A DNA stretch of 10,464 nucleotides from Bdellovibrionia bacterium (GCA_049424145.1 JBMSSC010000096.1:1-10464), one strand, 5' to 3'. Counted from the stretch's first letter, positions 1 to 7,377 are shown. Translations and numbers: made by a program. Notes: a model not told the origin generated them from the letters alone.

Positions 1-13
1 GGACGCCTTATAT

Positions 14-37
14 CTCGCCCCTGAACGGGCGAGTTTT
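14..37 (+). terminator. Probable intrinsic terminator of a convergent gene lying left of the window
   Basis: Perfect 7-bp stem CTCGCCC(14-20)/GGGCGAG(27-33), 6-nt loop, followed by TTTT (34-37). Confidence 0.5.
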
Positions 38-51
38 ACGGCGGATTGGAT

Positions 52-89
52 AAAAACTCGGGCCATCCGAGATTCAATCGGATGGCCCG
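52..89 (-). terminator. Intrinsic terminator of the large lipoprotein gene
   Basis: Perfect 12-bp GC-rich stem CGGGCCATCCGA(59-70)/TCGGATGGCCCG(78-89), 7-nt loop, then AG-TTTTT on the minus strand, ~35 nt after the stop at 125. Confidence 0.85.
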
Positions 90-124
90 GGGAGATTTTC
101 AGACTCCGTGAACGGACAACCTGA

Positions 125-3100
125 TTAGAGTTCGTCCGGGTGAGTTAAGGCTCGAAGCACGGTACTCACCATATCCATTCGGGGATTATCACTGCCAGGA
201 GGACTAGGCAGCCAAACTTGCGTGAAGTACGGTTGAGCGCCTTTTAAAAGGAAGGCATCCGATGCACTGGAAGCACTGGAGGAGTACACTGGCTGATCCA
301 GATCCGGCATACTCGCTCTTAACATCAGTAACGCCAGAGCTTCGTCAAAACCAAACTTAGCTTCTGTCCTAGACAGAGAGATGCCTTGACCTGTGGACTT
401 CGTAGCGTAGTTGATGAGCTTGATCAACGTATTGGGCCGAGTGATAGCATAGGTATTTTTTGCAGGGATGGGCTTAATCATCCGGACAGGGCCCCCATTG
501 GTCCAATCGTTATCTCCCGGACTCCAAGTTCCATCCACCACACTTCCGCCTTCGGAGGCAGGGCACCCTTGATGATGCGTGCTCCCAAAGTTTTGCCATA
601 CCAGCATTGTGGGGGATCGATAAGTCGTCTCGGAGCCCACCCGGTGGAGGCACTGGAAGACCCGAGAGATATCCATTCGGATTTGATTGTTATTGAGGAA
701 ATCTCCTGAGAATGCCGTGGGAACAGCAGGTACGCCCGTCCCTAGGGTTCCGGCAGGAATGCTGGCTAACTCAGAGCCTGACTTACCACCCATTGCGTTA
801 AACAGATTCTCATACTTTGACGCATTGGGATCTGAAACCCAGTAGGGAGGATTGCTCAGAGTTGGCTCTGCTGCATCATCTTCCAGCGTGCACTCCGATG
901 GATTAGCTTTGAGAGTCTGAGTCCCTGCGATGAAGCAATCACAAAAACCATTTCCATTGCGATCATCACAGAAGGGATCAAACTTTTTGTTCCATTTTGA
1001 GTTCACAAGCTGCATCCCCAGCACAGGGTTCGATGGAGCGGCAGGAGCCACACGGTATTGACCCAAGGCTCCTTCGATTGTCGAAACCGAGAGTTTCACC
1101 AGGAGATCCTCATAGTTCCATACTCCAGAAGAACCCCAGTTCCTAAACTGGAGAATACTAGCGCCCGACTCAGAGCTAATCAGATTTGCCCGCAGATCGG
1201 ATCGATTCGCAGCATTCCAGGGGTGACTCATAATGACATAGTACTTGGTTTTTCCTGAATGAGAAGCCGAGCACAGATCGATCAAGCCTGACGAGCCACC
1301 TAGAGACAGAAGACCCGTGGAAGAGTTGATCGTATCTGATCCACTCAAAGCGATCCCTGCGTCTTGCCCAGTTCCACTCGTCAGGGAGTCTGCCGCAGCA
1401 AAATAGCAGACCGGCTGAGGAATCGTGGTTTCTGCTTCAGTTGCCCCGGAGCTGGTGCTAATTGCTCCCACTTGAGCTGCATAGAACGTCCATGAATTGC
1501 CATTGCTGTCTTTTTGTTTGAGCTCCAGGTTTCCACCAAAGTAAAAGCCTAGGCTTCCAGCTTGCTCAAAACTCGTCATATCCATGCAGTAGGCTTTCAC
1601 GGCTTGGGACTGAGCCTTACTTCCCCAACCAAAGTTGAGTCTCTCGGTAATGACCGTATTTTTCTCAGCCGGTGCTTGACATTCTCCGGGATTATTACTC
1701 GTTGAAAACTGGTGAACTAACACGGGTTGGTTTCCAGCCCGAATCTGCATTCCGGTTTTCGCATCGGCAAGAGCAAACACTCCGCCTTTTCCGTCCCCCT
1801 GAAAACCGAAACTAATGAGGGAATAGGGATAACCCACGGGCACCCTCGAAGTTCCGTTTGTCCAGCTAGTGGTTCCCAAAGCCGCCAAGAGCTGACTCTG
1901 ATTGAGACACGTGATCAGGGATTTAGAATCTAACTCCGACTCACGGGGAGCCTGCGTGATTTTATCCACCATCTTACAAAAGATCGGTAGGTCCGAGTTG
2001 TTCGTGGCATGCTTAAACGAGGACCCAAAGTAGTACTGAGAGCCCGTGGGATTCCACTCGGAGTGATAGGCTGAACCAAAAACAAAGGACTGAATTTGCT
2101 CAGCGGAGGGAATCGTTTCGAACCCTTTAAAAGTTGATTCATAACTCGGAGCCGAGAGAGCCAGTTTCTCGGTGGCTTGACTCAGTGCGATTGTAGAAGG
2201 CCCTGAGGAAGAACAAGTCAGCCCAGAAACTTCTTTATAATAACTTCCTGAAGTATCCACTAGACTTGGAAGGTAGCCTCCCCCAGTGATCTCAGCGCCA
2301 CAGGATTGAGGAGACTTCACAGCAAGCTTCATATTGAGGAAGTTCGAGCGAGTAAAAAGAGAATGCAGATTTCCTAGCGAGAGAGCCGAGAGCCCCCCTG
2401 AGTAGGCACCTGGATTTTTCAAGTACATGTAGAGACCCAGGAGCCCTGAGAAGTTTTTCTTCTGACCCGCCAACAAATTCATAAAGTAGAGCTGACAAGC
2501 GGGAGCGGGATCTACCACGGGAGGGCCGCTTGCGATGGAGAAGCAAGGTGCACTGCCTCCCCCTCCTAAATTGGGTTGAGTGACAACTGCAGCCTGCACG
2601 GCTTGCATGACTTCTGGAAAAACGCTGATGAGGTTGAGTTCCTGTTCCGAGGAAAAATCAGAGTTACTTTGATCTCCGTTGGGATCATTTCGATTCGCCT
2701 CGGTGTACTTGGCTGAAATCGCCATATTTGGGATTCTTGCACAATTGATTCCCGGATCGTTGTAGCTTGAGCAATTCGCCGTTCCCAGTTGGAGTTCAGA
2801 ATTCGATCCACTATCGATTGCTGCATTGATCGTACTGATCTGCGTTGGCGAATATCCACTTGCCGCTAAAAAGGTGTCATTTTTACAGACAGGTCTTGAG
2901 ATTCCCCCTACCGTTACCATTGTGGGAGGAAATCGGAGCCGTCCACCCGAGCGGAATTTTTTATAGTGCATCTCGCACTCAATTTTTGTGACATAGGCAT
3001 TTCCTTGGATGTCTTGGTCAGCCACCATGTTGGAAATGAAGGTTCGAACGGAGGCAACAAAGTCGGTTCCAAAAGCCGTATCGAGCATGCTTCCAAAACC

Positions 3101-3919
3101 TGTATAAATGAAATCATCAATTCGGATTTTTGCGCCAAAGACATCCGTGAGAAGCGTAAACAAGGCCTCCACATCCCAGCCTTGAACCATCGTGCTCATC
3201 ATCTTAAAGGCTCCACCGAAGGCAGAGCCTCGAATGGTATTTAAATAGCAAGTGGTGGGAGTTGAATCTAACTTGCAAGCCTCAATTTGAGCATTGAAGG
3301 CCGAGGCTGCTGTGGAATCACTTTGAGCAGCCTGAACAATGGCAGAGCCGACCTTCGCAATCGACTTTCCGCTTAAAGATCGATCCATCACGCTTTTTCC
3401 CAAAGCACTCTCAAAAGCGGCCATAACGGCATCCGCAACTGGATTACAAGAAACTCCTTTATCTCCAGCCTTGACCAAGCAGCGCTGAGTGGAGCCCGAG
3501 GCGCAGGTGAAGGTCAAAATGAGCTCTTTGCCAACAGGGACGGCAGGGACGCTGAAGGACCCCGATGAGAAACTTCCAGAGGCAACCTGGGTGCCACCCT
3601 CTCCAACATAGGCTCCGGTGAAACTCCCCGAACTACAGGCTTCTGTCTCCGTTGAGGCAGAGAAACCGGGATACACGGATCGAGCCTGACTCCCCCACGA
3701 GGCCACTCTGAGATTCAGAGAATTGCCCAGTGCAGCACTGGTGAGTGAAGACACACTGCCCGTGATACTGGCCGTTGGAATCTCAGTTGAAGCCGAATTA
3801 GTTGCTCCCGCACACCCCTGAAGGATGAGGCTCAAGCTGCATAGAGTTAGTCCACTCAGGTACAAAGACGATGGCCTACGACTCTTTCTTCTCCTACTTG
3901 ATTTTCTCATTGGCTTCAT
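125..3919 (-). CDS. Large uncharacterised cysteine-rich lipoprotein (1264 aa), probably surface or periplasmic
   Basis: 3.8-kb ORF with AAGGA upstream of the ATG and a terminator downstream. Basic n-region, hydrophobic h-region and lipobox LQG|C (Cys36), then a Ser/Thr/Ala linker. 26 further Cys by manual count; EF-hand-like DRNGNGFCD loop. No family recognised. Confidence 0.85.
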   Translation of the reverse strand: MKPMRKSSRRRKSRRPSSLYLSGLTLCSLSLILQGCAGATNSASTEIPTASITGSVSSLTSAALGNSLNLRVASWGSQARSVYPGFSASTETEACSSGSFTGAYVGEGGTQVASGSFSSGSFSVPAVPVGKELILTFTCASGSTQRCLVKAGDKGVSCNPVADAVMAAFESALGKSVMDRSLSGKSIAKVGSAIVQAAQSDSTAASAFNAQIEACKLDSTPTTCYLNTIRGSAFGGAFKMMSTMVQGWDVEALFTLLTDVFGAKIRIDDFIYTGFGSMLDTAFGTDFVASVRTFISNMVADQDIQGNAYVTKIECEMHYKKFRSGGRLRFPPTMVTVGGISRPVCKNDTFLAASGYSPTQISTINAAIDSGSNSELQLGTANCSSYNDPGINCARIPNMAISAKYTEANRNDPNGDQSNSDFSSEQELNLISVFPEVMQAVQAAVVTQPNLGGGGSAPCFSIASGPPVVDPAPACQLYFMNLLAGQKKNFSGLLGLYMYLKNPGAYSGGLSALSLGNLHSLFTRSNFLNMKLAVKSPQSCGAEITGGGYLPSLVDTSGSYYKEVSGLTCSSSGPSTIALSQATEKLALSAPSYESTFKGFETIPSAEQIQSFVFGSAYHSEWNPTGSQYYFGSSFKHATNNSDLPIFCKMVDKITQAPRESELDSKSLITCLNQSQLLAALGTTSWTNGTSRVPVGYPYSLISFGFQGDGKGGVFALADAKTGMQIRAGNQPVLVHQFSTSNNPGECQAPAEKNTVITERLNFGWGSKAQSQAVKAYCMDMTSFEQAGSLGFYFGGNLELKQKDSNGNSWTFYAAQVGAISTSSGATEAETTIPQPVCYFAAADSLTSGTGQDAGIALSGSDTINSSTGLLSLGGSSGLIDLCSASHSGKTKYYVIMSHPWNAANRSDLRANLISSESGASILQFRNWGSSGVWNYEDLLVKLSVSTIEGALGQYRVAPAAPSNPVLGMQLVNSKWNKKFDPFCDDRNGNGFCDCFIAGTQTLKANPSECTLEDDAAEPTLSNPPYWVSDPNASKYENLFNAMGGKSGSELASIPAGTLGTGVPAVPTAFSGDFLNNNQIRMDISRVFQCLHRVGSETTYRSPTMLVWQNFGSTHHQGCPASEGGSVVDGTWSPGDNDWTNGGPVRMIKPIPAKNTYAITRPNTLIKLINYATKSTGQGISLSRTEAKFGFDEALALLMLRASMPDLDQPVYSSSASSASDAFLLKGAQPYFTQVWLPSPPGSDNPRMDMVSTVLRALTHPDEL

Positions 3920-4048
3920 TTTTTAGGTTCCTTCTGGGATCAAACCGGAAAAATCTTCTGACAAACTTTGTGAACTCAAGAATCTGACTTTCGTGACGAC
4001 ATTTCTGACGACTTTTACTCATCGGATGAAGATCAGTATTTCATAATT

Positions 4049-4086
4049 TTTTTATTTTTTAAATTGAAAAATTTTAAAAATAAAAA
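4049..4086. repeat. AT-rich inverted repeat in the divergent promoter region
   Basis: Arms TTTTTATTTTTTAAATT (4049-4065) and AATTTTAAAAATAAAAA (4070-4086) are complementary at 16/17 positions, with spacer GAAA. Confidence 0.6.
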
Positions 4087-4384
4087 CCGTTCAACAAAAA
4101 ACCCGCTCAAAACAGCCAAAAAAGGAACTCAGAAAATAAACTCGAAAAAACTGTCAATCCAGAAACCTAACTCAAGTGTATCTCCCATGACTCACGCGAC
4201 AAAAATCAACTCAGCACTGTGGCCCAATTGACTCACTTGATTTTCCATTGCAGAAACGCTGCAGGTTTTTCAGGGGACAATGCAGAGGAAGTACCCATCC
4301 GAGAATGATTAAAAAAACCAGCACCCACACTTCAGCTTTAGCCGCAAGACAGCTTATGGTATCCCCCAAGGAAGGAGAACAAAA

Positions 4385-5776
4385 ATGAAAATCCTTATCA
4401 CAGGTGGAACAGGTTTTATTGGTCAAGCAGTGTGCGAAGCGCTCGGACACCAGGGGCATGAACTCGTGGTGATCACCCGAAACCCAGATCAGGCTCGTTG
4501 CGTGATTCCAGCGCCTCATCAAGCCCTCAAATGGGATTTCTTAAATACAGAACCCCTTCAGGACACTCAGGCACTGCAAAACATCGATGCGGTCATTCAC
4601 TTAGCGGGAGAATCGATCTTAGGCCAAAGATGGACGACCGAGTATAAGGATCGCCTTTATCGTTCACGAGTGACGGCAACTGAGAACCTCATTGAGACTT
4701 TAAAAAAGCATTCACAAACGTTTCCCAAGGTGTTTCTCAGTGCTTCTGCCATTGGGTATTATGGTGACCGTGGGGATGAAGTTTTAGAGGAGAGTGCGCA
4801 ACCGGGAGCGGGCTTTCTGGCTCAAATCTGCCAGGACTGGGAGAAAGCTTTAGAGAAACTTCCACAGGGATCCACTCGATCGGTGGCATTGCGCATTGGG
4901 ATTGTCCTAGGCCAAGGCGGAGGCGCATTAAAGGAAATGCTCGGACCCTTTAGCTTAGGCGTGGGTGGACCGCTGGGAGGGGGCTCTCAGTGGATGAGCT
5001 GGATTCACTTAAACGATCTCGTGAAGATTATTTTAGAGAGCCTGCACCGAGACAGCTTAAGCGGCCCAGTGAACTGCTGCAGTGCCCAACCGGTGAGAAA
5101 CCGCGAATTCACTCAAACCCTGGCCAAGAGCTTAAGGACTCACGCTTGGATTCCTGCCCCCAAACTGGGACTTCAGGCTGCACTTGGTGAGGGTTCATGC
5201 GCCCTGCTTTCCAGCCAACGCGTGGAGCCCAAAAAGCTCAAGGACGCCCACTTCACCTTTGAATACCCCACCTTGGATTTAGCTTTAGATTCCATTTTTT
5301 CAGACAATGAGGCTTGCGGACTCTCCGAGCTGAAGCAAAAGTGCTGGATTCCTTTACCCATTGAATCGGTGTTTGAGTTCTTTTCGGATGCCCGGAACCT
5401 GGAGAAGATTACGCCGCCTTGGCTGCATTTTAAGATCCTAGGACAATCCTCTGAGCAGATTCAGGCCGGAACCACCATTGACTATCAGTTAAAACTCCAC
5501 GGAATCCCCTTACGCTGGCGGACGGAGATCTCGTCTTGGAATCCTCCGCACGAGTTCACGGACACACAGCTCAAGGGCCCCTACCGAGTGTGGAAGCACA
5601 CCCACCGGTTCTCCCCACTCCGAGGAGGAACTCTCATGGAGGATCGAGTTTTGTACCAAATCCCCATGGGATATTTAGGCAAACTCGTTGCAGGCAGCTG
5701 GGTCAAAGGCGATGTCACTGAGATCTTTCGCTATCGCAACACCACGATCTTTGACCTGCTTTTGAAGAAAGCCTAA
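4385..5776 (+). CDS. TIGR01777-family NAD(P)-dependent epimerase/SDR (YfcH/SDR39U1-like) fused to a C-terminal SRPBCC (START-like) domain
   Basis: N-terminal Rossmann motif ILITGGTGFIG; family motifs HLAGE, SASAIGYYG, RIGIVLG, WMSWIHL, GPVN and LLSSQRVEP. C-terminal ~150 aa contain VFEFFSDARNLEKITPP, FTDTQLKGPY.WKHTHRF and GTLMEDRV.Y, typical of SRPBCC. RBS AAGGAG just upstream of the ATG. Confidence 0.9.
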   Translation: MKILITGGTGFIGQAVCEALGHQGHELVVITRNPDQARCVIPAPHQALKWDFLNTEPLQDTQALQNIDAVIHLAGESILGQRWTTEYKDRLYRSRVTATENLIETLKKHSQTFPKVFLSASAIGYYGDRGDEVLEESAQPGAGFLAQICQDWEKALEKLPQGSTRSVALRIGIVLGQGGGALKEMLGPFSLGVGGPLGGGSQWMSWIHLNDLVKIILESLHRDSLSGPVNCCSAQPVRNREFTQTLAKSLRTHAWIPAPKLGLQAALGEGSCALLSSQRVEPKKLKDAHFTFEYPTLDLALDSIFSDNEACGLSELKQKCWIPLPIESVFEFFSDARNLEKITPPWLHFKILGQSSEQIQAGTTIDYQLKLHGIPLRWRTEISSWNPPHEFTDTQLKGPYRVWKHTHRFSPLRGGTLMEDRVLYQIPMGYLGKLVAGSWVKGDVTEIFRYRNTTIFDLLLKKA

Positions 5777-5829
5777 GACCCCTTCGGGGCAGACCTCGAC
5801 TTTGAGGGGACCATTCGCCGGTTCACAGT

Positions 5830-5904
5830 AAAAAAAACCGCTTCAGAGGGATCTTCCTACTGACCCGATTTCGGGCCAACGAAGAGCTCAACTCTGAGGC
5901 GGTT
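5830..5904 (-). terminator. Long hairpin plus U8 tract terminating infC
   Basis: Outer arms 5836-5848/5892-5904 pair at 12/13 positions, with further inner helices. A8 at 5830-5837 reads as U8 on the minus strand. Begins 11 nt after the infC stop. Confidence 0.7.
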
Positions 5905-5915
5905 GATGATTGGAA

Positions 5916-6632
5916 CTATGAGGATTTTCCAGGCTTCGGCTGAACTGGGGTGATCACGGGTTTAATCGTGGGTGCTTTTGTTCCTGAAACGGGTGAGGGA
6001 ATCTGAACAGTACCCGCCGCAGGCTTTTTACTTGCTCCTGGAGCAAGCACCATGATCATTTTCTTCCCCTCGACTTTAGGGGGAGACTCCACACTGCCTA
6101 CGTCTTTGACGAGCTCAATGAGCTGCTTCATGATCTTAAAGCCATGCTCATCCATAAAGGCAATCTCACGACCTTTAAAGGTGATGGTGATTTTTGCTTT
6201 ATCTCCATCCTCAAGGAACTGCCGGACGCTTTTGAACTTATAATCTAAGTCATGCTCCTCAGTCTGAGGACGCAGCTGAATTTCTTTGACCTTAATGACG
6301 GTCTGCTTTTTCTTCGCCAGCTGCTCTTTTTTCTTCTTTTCGTACTTAAACTTGCCGTAATCGCAAATCTTACAGACCGGCGGTTGAGCATTAGGAGAAA
6401 CTTCCATCAGATCTAAGCCACGGTCTCTGGCCATCTGAAGAGCTTCATAGGTCGGAACAATGCCGACTTGGTTCCCTTTTTCATCGATTAATCGAACTTG
6501 GGGAACTCTGATTCTCTCATTGAGTCGATGCTCATCTTTGTTTTGATTCGGTACCGGACCACGAGGAAACCGTGGCCGAGAAAACGACGGTGGGCCCGAG
6601 GGGCTCGAAGGACTTGAAGGTGTAAATGCCAT
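5916..6632 (-). CDS. infC: Translation initiation factor IF-3 with Pro-rich N- and C-terminal extensions (start codon uncertain)
   Basis: Motifs RLNERIRVPQVRLID, GLDLMEVSPNAQPPVCKICDYGKFKYE, KVKEIQLRP..EEHDLDYK, FLEDGDKAK.TI.FKGRE. The TTG at 6701 in the ORF track is part of a TTGACA -35 box and lies upstream of the SD. The first ATG is at 6632. Confidence 0.95.
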   Translation of the reverse strand: MAFTPSSPSSPSGPPSFSRPRFPRGPVPNQNKDEHRLNERIRVPQVRLIDEKGNQVGIVPTYEALQMARDRGLDLMEVSPNAQPPVCKICDYGKFKYEKKKKEQLAKKKQTVIKVKEIQLRPQTEEHDLDYKFKSVRQFLEDGDKAKITITFKGREIAFMDEHGFKIMKQLIELVKDVGSVESPPKVEGKKMIMVLAPGASKKPAAGTVQIPSPVSGTKAPTIKPVITPVQPKPGKSS

Positions 6633-6666
6633 TATTCGTTTGGTTTGCTTTGAAACCTCCTTTACC

Positions 6667-6701
6667 CTTCTGTATCTACAGAAGTGCAGGGAGTCTGTCA
6701 A
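6667..6701 (-). promoter_or_regulatory. Putative sigma70-type promoter of infC overlapped by an 18-bp palindrome
   Basis: Perfect TTGACA (6701-6696), 17-nt spacer, weak -10 TAGATA. Lies just downstream of an intrinsic terminator. Palindrome CTTCTGTA-TC-TACAGAAG at 6667-6684. Confidence 0.5.
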
Positions 6702-6739
6702 GACGCTTCCGGGCGATTGCTCCGTGGGGCTTCCCCTTC

Positions 6740-6780
6740 AAAAAAAAACCAGGAGACCCCCGATGAGAGAATCTCCTAGC
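6740..6780 (-). terminator. Intrinsic terminator after the coiled-coil protein gene
   Basis: Minus-strand RNA GCUAGGAGAUUCUC-UCAUC-GGGGGUCUCCUGGU forms a 14-bp stem whose G-U pairs work only on the minus strand, followed by a U run. Confidence 0.85.
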
Positions 6781-6832
6781 TGATTTTCTTCCTTCAGACC
6801 CCAATCTCAAGACTGAGGCCGTTATCGCCTGA

Positions 6833-7318
6833 TTAGGCAGAGGGATTGGAGCGGGCTTGGGACTCAGTCATCGCAGCCGCTTTCTTCTTCAAAACGACCC
6901 CAGCTGAAACCCCAGCCTTAGTTTTTGCTTTTGATTTGGCCTTGGCCTTCGGGGTTGCTTTTTTCACACCCGACTTTGCACGCATCTTTTTTCCGGAACC
7001 CTCTTTGCTCATCTGAGTCACGCTTGAGAGTAGAGTTTCGAATTCTTTTTTCTGCGCGTTCACGAATTTCTTCAACTTCTTCACTTCATCTGGAATCCGT
7101 TTATGGAAACGCTCGAGTTCTTTTCTCTCTTTTTCCAAAAACGTCTTCATTCGCATCACGTCTGGAGCAAAGAGCTTCTTTACTTCCTTGCCTTGCCGCT
7201 CAGCGTACTTGCGAGCCTCTTCTACCCAATCATGCCCCTGAATCAAACTCTGCAGTTGGTTCTGAGCCTCTTTCACTCGTTTTACGACTTTTTTAATCTC
7301 TGTGTTCATTGACGTCAT
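6833..7318 (-). CDS. Hypothetical protein: charged coiled-coil region plus Lys/Ala-rich basic tail (161 aa)
   Basis: ATG at 7318 follows AAGGAAAGG and is more plausible than the TTG at 7333. K/E/Q-rich helical N-terminal region, tail KKATPKAKAKSKAKTKA...KKKAAA, own terminator. Confidence 0.8.
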   Translation of the reverse strand: MTSMNTEIKKVVKRVKEAQNQLQSLIQGHDWVEEARKYAERQGKEVKKLFAPDVMRMKTFLEKERKELERFHKRIPDEVKKLKKFVNAQKKEFETLLSSVTQMSKEGSGKKMRAKSGVKKATPKAKAKSKAKTKAGVSAGVVLKKKAAAMTESQARSNPSA

Positions 7319-7377
7319 ATGCCTTTCCTTCAATCAGTATTCTCAAATGAAAACCAGTTCCCGATGGTTACTTTAAA

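Noticed and set aside
128..142. C-terminal HPDEL resembling the eukaryotic KDEL/HDEL ER-retention signal
   Set aside because: Imperfect match in a bacterial lipoprotein; most likely coincidence.
386..3244. Seven short ORFs overlapping the lipoprotein gene
   Set aside because: Antisense or alternative-frame shadows with no recognisable motifs.
4135..4157. Perfect TTGACA on the minus strand (4157-4152) as the lipoprotein promoter
   Set aside because: No acceptable -10 hexamer at 16-18 nt spacing.
5780..5789. CCC-UUCG-GGG tetraloop just after the epimerase stop
   Set aside because: Only a 3-bp stem and no U tract; at most a minor stabilising element.
6633..6701. ORF-track N-terminal extension of IF3 from TTG 6701
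   Set aside because: The TTG is part of a TTGACA -35 box, lies upstream of the SD and has no RBS of its own.
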